From Lingula anatina (taxonomy: Eukaryota > Animalia > Brachiopoda), in NCBI GenBank assembly GCA_051362555.1, contig CM120646.1, forward strand, positions 18,414,001-18,478,000: 64,000 nt of DNA, in the 5' to 3' direction. Every line of letters starts with the position of its first letter. Within the stretch, counting starts at the first letter, position 1. The notes under the pieces were generated by a model. It saw nothing but the letters and a program-made list of their open reading frames with translations. It was not told the DNA's origin and made no database searches. The translations under genes were made by a program, and so were the position numbers. Positions 13,587-28,973 of this stretch are shown one piece after another.

Positions 13587-14332
13587 AACCTCTACAGTCG
13601 GTGACCGCAGATATACAGCAGGCTTCGAGAGATATCATGGCCGTTATACCATCTCTCTCTCATACTCCATAGCCTGCATCCCTAAATATAACAACACCTT
13701 AAATATCTTTTCAAATTGACCCACTGTCTTATCCCCTATGGTAAACATGTGATAACACTGATATTCTTATACATATTTTCATTTATCAATTCCCTACACC
13801 AGGACTTGTAAAAAGAGAGCTGTGTGACAATCTTCATGACTTTAACACTTTACCATGTAATTTGAACATGTGCAATCAACTGCATTAGTGGCTGTAGATT
13901 TACAATATTATGCAGTATATTTATTTCAGTGCCCTCACATGGTAGTCTTAAATGCTGTTCTTGAACTTTTTTCTATTAACCTTAATAATATCAATCCTAA
14001 CTGTATGCCTATTCATAAAGAACTATTTTTCAATTTCAATTCATGCAAAATAAATATGTAATTAAATAAATGAAAATAATAAATAAATCATTAAATTGTA
14101 GCTGCCTTGCCTGTATGATTTGTCATATTTAAGCTTAACCAGTGCCTTGTATAACATTAGGAGAATATTGTCTACTAAGTGAAAGCCAAATATAAAACTG
14201 TACTAAAGTTAACATTAAATTCACAAATAAAATAATAATTATAATAATAATAATAATAATAATAATAAGTAAAATGACTTAAATTTGTAGTATTGAGTGT
14301 ACAAGTGTATCTTAGCGACAATAACTTACTAC

Positions 14333-17300
14333 CTAATAGTGTCTAACCATTAGTGAATTAGCATCGTCCAGTTCAAATTTGAACCGCCCAGCAGCTGCAG
14401 CAGCAGCGGCCAGTGAGGCCGAAGTAGCGTGTGGACTACTGAGACCGGGTGTTGTAGTGGACAGTGGAGCCATGGGGGCGCCACTGGTCAAGGGAGCGTG
14501 GGTGGAGGTGGCGACGCTGGCGGCACGCAGTGGATGTTTCAGTTCGTATTCCCTGAGCCATGCCTTGCTCTCCGCCAGTTGCTCCTGTACTGGTCTGTGG
14601 GGAGGAAACACGGAGCTGTTATTGTTGAGGAGTTTTGACCCCATTTGTTGGCGGATCAACTCACTGTAAATAAATGTATAAATGAATAAATAATGAATGA
14701 AGAAATACATGAAATGAAATAAATAGATTTATTTTACAGAAATAAAAAAAACAGTAGTGGTGTATATAAATGTTACAGTACAAGTTCACTGAAAGTTTTA
14801 ATCAATTTCAAATCCATATCTCAGACTCTAATCTGAATTAAATAAGCCTGGTCTTAAAATTAGATATGTAATGCATAACAGATTTTGGATTAGAACAAGA
14901 AATTATGCCAGTCTGACACTAATTTCTGAAATGCCCAATCTTAAATCATCCCTTAAATCAAATACAGTTTATTGTGACTGTCCCTTTGTGCATAACTTCA
15001 CAAGTTAAAACAAGGCATCACTTCTAGGTTAGTTGCCAAATAATTGAATTAAGACGTATCTGAATAGGTATAAATTAGCCATGACTAACATGATAAACAA
15101 GTGGTCATGACCCTCAAGTGCCCATATATTTACAAGTGCAAAATTTGATTCACTGCAAGCCTGGTCAGTAGGAACATTTACAATTTAAATCATGTGGTCC
15201 TTAAGGTGAGTGAAGACTGAAGAGAACGGCCAGCATAAAAGAACTGACTCACCTAGCCGGTGTATAATCGAGGCTGAAAGTGGTGGCACGGTGGTTGTTT
15301 TGAGATGGAAGTGGAAGAGGCGGGCGTGAATCTGCAATCAAATTATAAAAAAATTAATTATCATCTTAATCATTGTGCTTTTTAAAATAATATTATCAAT
15401 AGCTGATAATGTGTATAATCAAACATGCCATTAATCAATTCATAATAAGTCTATCACAAATGGACTGATGCAAAACGTCTAATTCATCTAGATTTAAAAC
15501 TTCAGCATATTTCAGCAAATGAAGATGACCTAAAAAAGTACTCAACTGTAAGTAACAAATAAAAACATGCTAATTTTAATAGATAACTATTGGTTTATCC
15601 TGAATTGAAGTAGACAAAAAAATAAAAAAAAAAAAGATCAGCTTTCAGTCTTAGTCTCCTTTGTGATATCAGCCCCTGGGTGGTCTTTTAACTTCACAGA
15701 GCAGTTGTGAAAATTGTGAAAAAAAATAAATAAATAAAATAAACAGAAAATGAAGCTGTTCATAAATGTTTGTGCAGTTGAACATTTCATTCCTATTGAA
15801 TTGATAGGGGTAATGCACTCACCTCCAAAATACTTCCGCCATTTCTTCTGTAGAAACTCATCAGCTGTTTCTCTTGGAGGAATCTCACCACTGACAGCTG
15901 CTCTGTTGGCTCTACTACAATTGTGAGGGTGAACATTATGTCAAGTGATCATATACATACAAAATGACAACAACAACATAGAAAATGCATCTTTCCATCT
16001 CACCTCACTGATTATTTCAAATATAAGCACAAAGTTTCACAAAGAAATGTTTAAAAGTATTTTAAAAGAAACATATAACACAAGCACCTTTACACATTAC
16101 TGTGACAGCACCTCATGTATAAGCATGATGAGGACAAGCCAAGAAACCTCCAATACAGCACAGCAAAACATAGATAATAGATATCAGGTCTTAAGTTCCA
16201 CATTCACATCAGGACCAACTTGAATACAAATTGACCAAATGATGTCAGCAAATGACCAGATTTCCTAGGAACCCGTGTGCCCTGGGATATGCATATAACT
16301 CCCAAGATCAACAGATTTACACGCCTCCTCTTGTATCCAATGGACTGGTATAACCACCAGCTTTTTCTGTATTCTTCTCAGCACCAGGAGGTGTGTTGAT
16401 CTAATAATCTGTTTGCATTCAGGGAGAGTCCCCACTGAGTTGGCTCATTCTATGTAGAATGATAGTTTCAATGGGAATGAACCCTTAAACAGCCTGATCA
16501 TCTAGTGATGTCAACTAGCTTTAAACTGGTGTAAGTTAATTCTGATGTGAACATGCCTCAAGGCTTGATATAATGTAGAGAAATGCAGAGGGACAAGATG
16601 ATGGGAAGCATACTCACAAGCAGGCTAAGCAAGAGTTGAAGTGAGGCCAGCTAGTATAGGCGGGGCAAGTGTGATACACGCTAAGGTAAAGAAAATAAAT
16701 TAAAAGAAAATAAAAAATAACTGAAGAGATATGTGAAAATGGAAAAAGAAAAGAAAATAGCAGAAGAGGTAGAATAAAAGAAACTTATATTTCAAAAATA
16801 ATGATTCTGAGAGAGAGAGAGAGAATAAAATTCAAAAGACAGCAGTTCAAGTAGTACTAAATGCAAACAGCAAAATAACAAATGAAATAATTTTGCAGTG
16901 TGAAACAATAGCAGAGGAAGAACAAAATCTAATATTTCATTTATTTTTACAGCCAAGATAAGACTTACTTGTATGGGTTGTCTGGGTTGGTAGAGACCTG
17001 AGGGTAAGGCCCACGTGTATGTGGTAGGCGCTCTGAGGTGCTAGGCCCTGAAAAAAAGAGAAATAAAAATTAATAATTTTGAATAAAATGATTATGAAGT
17101 AAAAGACACTAAATAGCAATTTACTGATACAGAATAAATGCCTCCACTTTATTTTCATCTCTCTGCAAAATATGCAAAAATTCTCATTTGTCATTAAGTT
17201 AAAAATAACTGTTCACATTAATTTTTTTACAAATTCATTTCATCTGAGTTTAAAATGCACAAATAATGTGGCGAAACTTGTTTCTTAAACTATGTTAAAA

Positions 17301-19146
17301 TGATTCAATGCAATAATACCCAACGCTCAATACTATTAAATGATGATTGATAAACCAAACATCTTCTCCACTCAAACTTCAAAAATGAGTTCAACCCTTC
17401 CCCGGTTTATTTGCATCTCTTAACTCTTACCATAAGAGCCCTCTGTTGCTCCACCAGAGTTATTGTAGCCATTAGACTTCATGAAGTTGATGACATCTTC
17501 CATCTTCTGGTTCAGTCTTCTTAACTCAGCACCAAAGATTGAGTCAGCACCGTCGCTGCCAGTGGTTGGCTTGCGTCTCCAGGAGGTAGGTCTGTAAGAA
17601 GGCTTGGAGGGAACACCTGGAGAAAAAAAAAAGATACAAAGTTATAATGTATTTCATTTCCTTTCTTTCTTTCTTTCAGTGGGCAAATGAAAATAGAGAA
17701 TTCCCCCTTTTTTGTCTTACAGTGATTCGAAGAACACAAAGCTTGCAATAGTTTTCTCTGCCTAATACAGTTCTTGTGATTCTTCTTCTTTTCTTTTTTT
17801 TTTTTATCTAATTAGTATTTATTTAATGACTTATACTTCTTCATCAAAACATTTACATACATTCATACATCAAAACTGTAGTCATGAATGTTTAGTTTTG
17901 TATGAATTAAGACGTTAACTGCCTTTTATCTCCTTGTTTTTTCTTGTCAAATATCAAATATTTATAATGTCCAAGCTACATCCAAATTATAAATGGACAA
18001 CTGACCCGCTGCCAGATCATCCAAGTTGAGGTCACTGCTACTAATACCACTGCTCTCCTCATCTGAGTCAGTCAATAATAAGTCAGCATGGTCAGTCGGT
18101 GGACGTTTTGGATGGTCAAATATTTGGAATGTATCAGAGTCAGACTCAGACTAAAAAGAAAAATAAAAAGTAAATAAATGTAAAATGAGGAAACAGAAAA
18201 AGGCTATAACAATGACATTTACATGTACTAACCCCCCTGCCCCTCACCAAAAAGGAGAAAAAACTATAAATAAAGAGAGAAGAGTTTCATTAGCTCTGTA
18301 TGTATCAATTTAAATTATTGTTTTTCTTTTAGTCACAGAAATATTGGAGGTAAAACCTACATATTTTATAAGCTCTTGATAAAAAGAAAAACAATAATTT
18401 AAATATAAATAAAGACATTAAAGGAATGCCCTAAGCTACCTACGGCAGTAAACTTTTTTCTCCCTCTATAGTTTTTTCTATTTAAGTTTTACAATTTAAC
18501 CTACAGCTATAAATCTTGATCTCAATCCCATGCTAGTGTCAGATCTCCTACTATAAAGTGGGTAACAAGTGTTAAATGATCCATCCAAACATGCCTACAT
18601 CTCTTTCCTCTAGGACTAAAAGAAATAAAAATTATTTGGATCATAATAATAAAAATTTTAATACACCCCGACTCACCTCCAGCAGTGAAGCCTCCCACTC
18701 CTTGATCTTCTTCTCCTTCTCCTTGACCAGCCTGGACCCCGTGGACACATTACTGGTCAGTGCGTCCAGGTCCTGGGCCTCTTTGTCCAGTCTGGCCTTG
18801 GTGAAGGTCAGCGCTGCCTTACCAGCCGGGGACAGACCCTGGGATTACAAACACAGTGTTTAAATAAGAGAATGAAAATCTATATGGAATTAACTCAATA
18901 TAATCTCACAAGGAGTGGAATGAAAACCACCCTATGCTCTGAGCTAAGTTCAGATCTGTAGGTGGAGGACTTATGAAATCTATGATTCAACAATTTATCA
19001 GAGAGGGTAAAAAAATCAGCTGGTCTTAAGCACAGGCTAGAATCAAGATATGCATTTAGGCAAAGGAGTCCAAAAGTTTTTTTTTCTAGTATTGTTAACG
19101 TTTTGTAAAAATGAGAAAAGTACAGACAAGTTATTATTTTTTAAAG

Positions 19147-19236
<90 letters not shown>

Positions 19237-19456
19237 AAATGTAACTTGCAGGTATTGTACAACAAAACAGTGAGCCACCTCTTTATAGAATCTTTCCATG
19301 TCTCTCTCATACTCTCTGGTGGCAGCTTTGAATTCAGCCTGGCGACGCCGTATGTCCTGGCGCTGCTTGCGGAAGAATTCCTCAGCCACACTTATGCTGT
19401 TTCTCTCCAGTGACATGCGGTTTTTGAATTCTCTGCAAAAAAATAAATAATTTTTA

Positions 19457-19491
<35 letters not shown>

Positions 19492-22400
19492 AAATTGACA
19501 CTTTAGATAAAACTCAGTCTATATCTGCTCACTGCTATATCTAATGCCATAAGGACAACCTTAGAGTAAACAAACTTAAAGTACTCGTTATTATTAGATG
19601 AGATGAAAAGATGTCACAACCAAAAACTCTCCAATGTAAAACCAAAAGCATTGTCTTTGTCTAAGTATCAACATAAAAATCTAGCACATGACTAAAACAG
19701 AAATTTAAACAACACCATCACAAATCAAAAAATGCCCTATAGATATATACAATAGTCTACGTTTAACTCACTTGGACCGCAACAATCTCTTCATTTTATC
19801 AGAGTGAACGAAGTCAAAGAATTCATCTGCAGTAGGTATGGATATTTCTTCCTTCCAGGCAGTTCTGGGGCGTGACTTTCCAGGTGACCAAGTTTTCCCA
19901 GAGGTTCTCTTGGTTGATCTCTTAGGAGTGACCTCAACCTCCTTCTCTACCTCCGATTCTGAAGACAGGCTAATGTCTTCTTCTTCCTCAGACTCATGTT
20001 TTCTTCGACGCACTGAAATCAATTTAAAAATTCTCATAGAAGTCATTTATGAGTTAAGAACATATTCAAAATGTTGGACAGAGTTTCTAAAATATTTGAG
20101 CAAAAGTCCTGTATAATTACTATGTGGAAAACAAAATGAAGCTTAAAGTTTTTTTTTTTTACTTTCAACAACAATGAATGACCAAAAGCAATGCATTAGC
20201 CTACACATGCAAACTTATAATCCCTAACTTGTACACATAAAGATCTTTAAAGCATTGCTTTAAAAATGTGGTACTAAAGCATTTACTACTAAATGAATGT
20301 AACAATAAGTTTTGAGTATGCAGTACTACTGGTAGGGACTAGGAGATACGCACCTGACTTCTTCTTAGGGGTGGTCTCATCTCTATCACTGTCAGATCCT
20401 AAGTCTCCATTTTCAACAATTTTAACTTTCTTGGCTGCTTTTGGTTTCTTTCTGGTCGTCTCTTTCTTTTCCTGATAAAAAAGTTTAACATTCACATCTG
20501 ATGTAATAAAAGTTAGTCAGCATAAATAAATGGACATTAAGTTACATAGATTTAAGTAAATTTGTATTTAAGACACTGAGTCTCTCTCTCACTAGCAAAC
20601 AGGCATGCACACACAGACACACACACAAAAAGTATAATTAGCCTACTAGTCTAGAAGAAATCTCACCTCAACTGACAGTTCAGTCTCTGATGGCTCTGCA
20701 GCCATTTCTGCTTGTAATTTTTCTTCTTTTTGCTTTTGAATTTCTGCAGCCTTCTTTCTGATCTTGTCCTCCTGTATATAACAAAAGGTTCACATTAATA
20801 TACGCCACTTTTGATGGAATGATCTGCCTCATTGCACTAGCATGCAATACACACACATGGGGAAACAACATATACAATATCAGATCTTCCAAATTTTAAC
20901 AATGATATTTTTAAATACAGAATTCTTGATAAGTTTTCCATTCTGCACACACACTGCAAATTTTTGGTCTTTCTCTGCTTCATCATCTCAATCTATCCTA
21001 AATAAGAGCGACCTATTACCTTTTGTTTTAGCTCTTCCTTCAGCTGCTGTTTGGTTCCTTCATACTCTTTCTTCATCTGCTCAAGATCCTTGGCCAGTTG
21101 TTCTTTCAAGGTGGCCAACTCATTCTCAAATTCTTTCTTGGCCAATTCCTGTTCCTCTTGAGCCTGTAAAAATAAAATATAACAATTTTTAAGACAGCTG
21201 GATTATATGATTATGATAAACTGTGGTCAATATTGTGGATCCTTGTCTTATAAAGCACATCTTAAACAGTGGAACTTTAGAAAAAAATTTTCACCAACCA
21301 CTTCATAATGACAGCAAATACAGACTGAGAAAAAATGTTTCTGATACTTCTCCTGGTTGTTACCTACCTTTTCTTTTTGTTCCTCCAGCCATTCCTTGTT
21401 TTGTTGTTCCAATTCAGCTTTCATCTTCTTCAGCTGTTTCTCGTTGTCTTCCTTCTGCTTCCTGGACTGTTTCTCAAAATCAGCCTTGATCTTGTTCAAC
21501 TCTTTCTCATTCTCTGCTCTGAGATCAGTCTTCTTTTTCTTTTCCTTTTGAACATCGTCAAGCTTCAAGGAGAATAAAAATATGACAAGTTATTCTACTG
21601 ATTCCAACTTCCTTAATTGCCACAATGTTATTATTCCAAAACTGCAATCTATGCTACAATAGTCTCATATTTCATGACAGAATAAAATCGGTGTTCATGA
21701 AATGGGTTTATCATCATCAAAACCTCAATTTGGAAAAATTCACGCTAATGTTTGACATTTAATAATGAAGTTGTAGTGCATGTTTGATTTCAGTACCTGT
21801 TTTCTCCCTCTGTATAACCTAACTTTGTAAAGGGAATTTTACACCCCAACCCACCTACCTCTTCCCACCCCTGTCCCCACCCTACCTCTCAATATGTCAT
21901 GTTGCTCACCTCTTGCTGCAGATCTGCTCTTAGAGTTTTCTTTATATCATCAAATTCTTCTCTAACTTCCTCCAGTTCCTCTTGTTGTTTCTGCTTCAGT
22001 TCTTTCTTCAACGTCTCAAGCTGCTGGTCCACTTTTTCTTTCTCTTTCTTTTCCTGAAATGAAAATAACCTTGTTTTTTTAATTTTACTGTTTTATTTTT
22101 TTACCAAAATCACAGAACCTTTGTCTGGGAATTTATTGAAAATTTTTATAGAGGAAAAATTACTTCACAGAAATAAACAAACAAACAAATAATTAATCAC
22201 CTTCTGCTTGTATTCTTCTTGCATTTTCTTCACAGTTTTCTCAAAGTCGGCTTTCATATCAGCCAGGACCTTGTTCTGCTCTGCCTTGATCTCATCTTTC
22301 TTCTCTTTCAGGACATCGTCCAGGCCTCTTTCTAGATCATCAACGGCCTTCTGTCTCTCTCTGGCCGCCTTGACCTCCTGTTCTTTTCTATCCAGTTCGT

Positions 22401-25400
22401 TCTGTTGCAAAGTCTTCAGCTCTGTCTCTAGATCTTTCATGTCCTGGATTTGATGAAATTTATATCATTAAAAGAAAAACATTTGAAAAAAAAAATAATA
22501 ACTATGAAGTATTACCCATCAAAACTTTACTTGATTTTCTCTTTTTAGAACCTATACTCACCTCTCCTCTATGTTTGTTTCACAGTGATTAATTTGAGGA
22601 AAAAATCATGTGTGATGTCTGCTAAGAGTTGTCATATGCAATTTAAATCAAAGCAAAAACACTGCAAACTTCACTCTCATTATCAGCTGTACATTTTTCT
22701 AGGCCTGTTTAGAGCACTAATTATTTAGTCGCTACCTTTTCTAAGCCCCATTTCACACATCACTATGCTCAGCTCTTTAAAAATCAAACACTGATGATAG
22801 TCCTTCCCATGAACTCTTTGAGTTTAACAATATCCAGTATAATTTCTATTTCTACAACTGTCAATTTTTTACACAAGTAATAACCATTAGAATTACAATT
22901 GGGATATTCCTGTAATAATGTATCTTAAAACATCACCATGCCAAGTACAAATTCTGTATGCCTAAAATGACATGTCCCCACAACATATCAATACACAAAT
23001 ATAAATCTTCATTAAATTCACATATTAACTGTATGTGAGTTGTAAGCACCTGCTCATGTTTCATGATGATTTTTTTCCTGCTTTCCTGGACATTAGCATT
23101 GTGCTCCTTCTGCAGCTGTTTTGTCATCTCCTCGATTTCTTTCTCATACTGCTCGTTGATCTCGTCCACCCTCTCCTGCTTCTCTTCCTCAAGCTTTTCT
23201 TTCTCCTCTGAGAGATATTCTTCAATCTGAAGCAAAAGCAGTTAGCTACTGTTCACGCAATGTTGTAAGAAGCTGAAGCATTTCATTAAGTAACTGCCTT
23301 AGAATGAACATTGGACAAAATATGTATATAATTTTTCTTGGAGTTTTTTTTCCTTAAAACTGATGTTAAAATGACAATCTATAAATCCATAAAAAGGCAA
23401 TCTAAAAACCTCAAAGGTTTCTGATATTTGAGTCCCTCTTATCATGGAGATGGAGAGAAATCAAGAACACCTTTAGCGAGCATGATTTTCTCAACAGTTT
23501 CAGGTAGGATATATGTAAATTTCCAAGAAAATTTAATATGGTTTGTAAATTTATAAATTTTATAATGTTCCAATATCCATTGCTTGCCTTTACAGCCTGC
23601 CCAATCTAACTGTTTACTACTACAGAATCCTGCTCTAATGTACCTGTAGGTTTTTAGCTGTCAGTCTCTTGAACAGAATGCCAGGCACACTTTATCCTCT
23701 ACTAAAGCTGTCACAGCTACAACACACTGATATTAAAATGCCCCAATCACATAACCACTACATTAATGCAAGCTTCTGCTAATAAATCTATGTCACCCAA
23801 AAGAATTCACCTCTTTCTTTATCTCCTCTCTGGCTTTTTTCCTCTCTTCCTGAATGTTTCCTCTCTCTCTGTTCCGGACCTCAGCAAGCTCCGCTTTGAT
23901 CTTTTCTAGCTCTTTGGCATGCTCTTCCCTTCAGAGACAGAACAAAATGGAGATTGCTTTTGCCAGTAATTGAATTTGGATATCAAGTTTACCAGGGTTG
24001 TAGTAGTCCCAGAAATAATATGACTAAAAACATTTGGAAAGCATATTCATTTTTTAAAAATTATAATTCATATTGGGAATTTGATGAAATCTACAAAGAA
24101 CGTATTATACTTGTCATCTGTTGGTTAACTTTATCACCTTTCACCATAATCAAAACACATCTTAACAGTATTACAAACATCTAGAGGAAGAACAAAGTAC
24201 CTCATTTTCTTGGTCTCCTCCTCAGTGTCTACCTTCATTTCTCTTCTTATTTTAGCCAGGGAGTCCAGCTTGCCTTGCATTAGTTTGGTCTCTTCATCCT
24301 CTGTCTCTTCATTGATCTCATCTCTGAGGATTCTGAGAAATGAAATGTGATACAAGTGGTAATTAGGCAGATCATTTATAATTGAATAAGAAAAAGAAGA
24401 AAAGAAAATTAAAAAATAATAACAAAAATAGATAACATTATAATATAGCACGATAAAGTCTAGGTTAAATTCTTTGATCTTAAATGCATGATGCACACCT
24501 CACCTCACCTGATATGTAAAATATATAACATACAATTTCACAAAGTATTCCAAAAGATGTCAACACAAAATTCAACAAACCTGAGCTTGTTCTCTTTAGT
24601 TTGTCTCAGATCTCTCTCAGCTGCCTCTGTCTCCCTCTGGATATCTTTCCTCAGCTGAGACAGCCTCTCTTCTTTCTCCTACAATCATATCAAAAGTCAA
24701 CAGTAGGGGATTAAGAAAAAAAGATGTCAAAAGACTTCCTGACACGTTTTTAAGATGATAGGTGAAAAGTTAGCACCTGTTGTACAAATAATTTTATCTA
24801 AGTATTCAGTCCTTGACCCCAAACACCAGCACTAATCTCAAGAAAACAACTTCCATCAAATCTTCAAGTTTAAGCAGTATAACTGGGTCAGCACCTACCT
24901 CCAACATTTCAAGCTTGGCGTTTTCTTCCTCCTCTTGTAACTTTTTACGCAGCTCGTCCAGGGCCTTCTCATTGGCTGCTTTCAACTTTTCCTCCTCAGC
25001 CTTGAGCTGTCTGTCACTCTCAGCCCTTCTGTAATTGCAATTTGCTACTGTTAAGTGTATGCACTGATAAAACACTTTTTTAAAATTATTTATTAGATTC
25101 TATAGAGATAATGATGCCAAACATATTCTGCACTTCATACAAATGCGGTGTTAGATAATGTGTAGAACTATGAGTAAAAAAGTAATAACAATCTTATATT
25201 CACTACTTGTTGCTAACAAGCACCAATCTTTATGGCAAAAGAAAATTGAAAATGCAAGAGAGAAGAGTTATATGTACAGACATACATGCATGTGCGGACA
25301 CACAAGCACACACACACATGCACGTACACACACTTACTTCTCTGCTGCCAGAGCTGCCATTTCAGCCTTTCTTTTCCTCTCATCCTCCATGGAGGTGCCA

Positions 25401-28400
25401 CTGGCAGAGGGGGAAGGTAGGGTAACCTTGGTGGCTGGTTCAAAATCCTAATATAATACAGATAACGAATGAGTAAATACATGACCTTACTTTTATGTTA
25501 TGAAATCATAACAAAAGCTTAGTAACAGATATAAAATAGGATTTTAAATGATTGAGCTTTGTCCTGATTTGATGAAATATAGTGTGTTAACCCACTTAAA
25601 AGTTTACTAAAAATGACCTTATTTGTCCCAATCTTTACATGACATGCTGAGTTCTCTCCAAATGAATTAACATTTAAGCTGAATAGCTGGGTAAGTTTAA
25701 CCCAACTTAAATCAATATTTTCAAGTATTTAAATGTAAAATTTAGCTATAAACACTAACAAATTTTACATTTTCCACAGTCAAATAAGAATGTATTCACC
25801 ATTTGTTTTTTTTTTAACCATTTGGTTAAGCTCTACTATGCCAAATTTAGCAAAAACATATTTGACAAATGTTTAAAATAAATAAATGAAAATTTCTGCA
25901 TGTTATGCCAAACATGTGACATACCAATTGCAGCTGTCTCTCATGCTCCCTGACATTTCTACTTTGCATATTGAGTGCTGCTTTCAGAGAGGAGTCGGAC
26001 TCAGAGTCAGAATCTATGTCACTCTACACAGAGATACACAGACACAGAGGAAGGAAAAAAAAGAGAAAGAAAAAAGAATGCTAAAATTTGCAACTTACAA
26101 AAGCAGCAAATCAATAAAGGAACACATTAAGAGCATTAAATCAAGATTGCAAGGAAAGCAAAAGAAAGAGTAGGAAAGAATTTCTCTCTTAGAAACAGGG
26201 ACTAAATCACAGCAAATGAAGGGAATTTTTCAATCATTTAACTTTGAAACAAACAGTAATAAAAGTCCTATACAAAAATGGTAAAATAAGGTGTAAAAGG
26301 AAAAACATCCAGATGAGAGATAACACAGATAAAAATAAAAACCATAAAGGATCCAAGTTTAATCATCTTTTTCTTTTCTAGTTGGACAAAAACAAAACTG
26401 GCAAGTACTCTACATCACATACCAAGTGCAAGTCATCATCAAATGTTTTCTTTGGGGGCTGTGTCTGGGGGACAATTCCTGATGGAATCTATGACATAAG
26501 AGAGACAAGACATAAAGCAAGGTGTTGGACATTATCAGGACTACAGTTATATAAATGGGGTTAAAAATATACTCAGTTAGTGTGCATATGGCCATTTTAA
26601 GCATAAAATGTGGAACTATAAGCTTGAATGTCATATATCACTGAACAAACCCTTGACTATTCTCTCAGTGCTAAGGATGAAGATGAGAACATCTTCAACT
26701 AGTAATAATTGCACTCAACTCCAATAATTACAAGACACTGGAAAGGAATTATTTTAGATGTAATGTTGAAAGAAAGAAAGAAAGAAAGACAATATCACAT
26801 AAGCAAGTGATCATACAGAATGACAATCAAGCTAAAGAAAGAAATTAAAGTATTTGAAACGAAGAAAGAGAAAGATATAGTGTACATCCAATGAAAAAGT
26901 AGCAGGAAGCAACATCTCACTTTTCTCGGTACCTCCAAAGACCAGATGTCATAAGAAAGAAGAATTTATATGAAACATAAAGCATAGAGTAAGAAAATGC
27001 ACATAACCAGCACCATAAAACAGATATACATACAAAAATTACATGAAGCAAACTAAAAAGGAAATTGTCACAAAGGGTGATCATTGCCTTCAGTCTTCTA
27101 TTGCAAAAAATTAATAACACAAGCACACATGGACAAAAAATCAGTAGTAATTATAAGCACACAAAGCACTAAAGCACCAAGTGGAGAAATCTATTTCTAC
27201 TGGAATAAGTTCTTATTAAACCTGTACCCTTTTCTGAGGGGTTGGCTCCTTCTTCCTCCCTGACATACGGAGGGCTTCCTGCGTTGACTCTTCATCATCA
27301 TCGCTGAGATTTAATGCTATCTTTTCATCTAAATTCCTATCAATTCCAAAATCCTGAAATTTCAAGAAATCTTACTGTATATCTTTTAAATAAAACAATT
27401 AATTTTTTCAAATCTTGACCAACTCCATATTTCTGAAATCTCATTAAAACATTATTAATTTGAAATAGCTTTTCTCTGTGCCGATAATGAAAGAAGTGAA
27501 TTGCACATCTATTGGTGTATTGTAGTCTGAAAGTGATCAGTTAAATTAGATTACATGGAGACGATACCACAGCTACATGGAGACCACACCACAACTTGCT
27601 TCCACCTGTATGGTATTGTCTGTAGTAAAATTGTAACACATAAACAGTGTATCATAAATAATCAAATAACTTCAGATCAGAGCAAGTTTGCAACATATAT
27701 ACTGTACAATGGACTTCATGTCTATTGCTAAAATGCAATAACTTTGTAAACTTTGTGTAAGAAAAATTCTCATGAAATTACAAGTAACATTATTGTTTCC
27801 ATGTGAATTTGACAAATATTTGATATTTCAAAGTGCAATGCTGTTACCTGATTACGTCCAAACAGAAAAGAAGATTGCTATTATTAAAACAGCCTTCATG
27901 TTGCAGACCACTCAAATTTCATGTTCTTGACTTTTCTAATAACTTAAACTCTAATATCTTTTTTATTACTTACAATATCTTTTCCATAATCCTCACTGTC
28001 ACTCTCAGATTGTGCAGGCTTGGCAGGTTTATCACTGGCCTCAGATGTCTGCAGGGAAATAAATACACATCATATCAACATAGGTGTCTTCTTAACATGT
28101 CTGAACAAGTTCACTAACCACAATCTAGTACTAGTACATATCCAGAATTGCTTTCTGATCTGTATTAACAGGCAAACATAATAACATAATAAAAGCATCT
28201 ACACAATGATTATCTGAGTGTACATAAAGATTGCATTACAAAGAATATGTAATAAAACATTTTAGATTGTCCAGGTTTTGAGGTTGGGTGGGGGTGGGGG
28301 GGGGGAGACTGGGAAATTGGGAGGGGAGAAGGCAGTATATTTCTATTATTACTACGCAGTACAATAAACACCTCATAGCCAAACTCTGTAGCCTTCTCCA

Positions 28401-28925
28401 TCTCTGCCAAATCAAAACGGATGTTCTTCAGGTTGTTCCTGTCATTGTCAGACTGAAATGGACATTCAAAAATGTCACTTTGTTTCACAAACTTAAGGCA
28501 ATAAGTCTTATCTAGGGAAATATACTACTAAAAGAATTAATTCAGCAAAATACTTGGATACTTGTCAAATCAAAACTAAACCAATGATTATTAAAGGAAA
28601 AAAATATTTTAGATTTTCTTTAAGCAAACAAGAATACGTCCAGCCATTTGCCAAACATATACAAATGCCAACAACCACCCAGCAACTCACATCACTGTCT
28701 GACATTCCCCCCAAGTCCAGCTTCTCCTCATGCTTGGACATCATGGAGGAAGGGGCGTCCTTGGTGCGGTTGGACTTGAGGAACTTCTTGCCTCCACCAC
28801 CTTCTCCCAGAGCCAGTCCATCAGAGCTACTCCCCAGCCTGACACCTGTTGACCCCATGGACCCCAGGGTGCTGCCCATTGTGTTCATGGGCTGAAGTAA
28901 ATAATAATAATAATAACAAAAATAG

Positions 28926-28973
<48 letters not shown>

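Noticed and set aside
16200-16450. GC-richer intronic stretch as an extra CEP164 coding exon
   Set aside because: In the required phase it hits a stop within ~10 codons, and no convincing donor was found.
19043-19416. ERER/SLSL ORFs, and likewise the YIYI, poly-I, poly-Y and poly-P/G ORFs elsewhere
   Set aside because: These are translations of microsatellites or homopolymers; only the embedded CEP164 exon (~19432-19249) is real.
26921-26950. Possible 27-nt CEP164 micro-exon (IWSLEVPRK) with a good GTGAG donor
   Set aside because: No AG acceptor follows the pyrimidine tract (it reads ..TTATGAC), so it cannot be supported.
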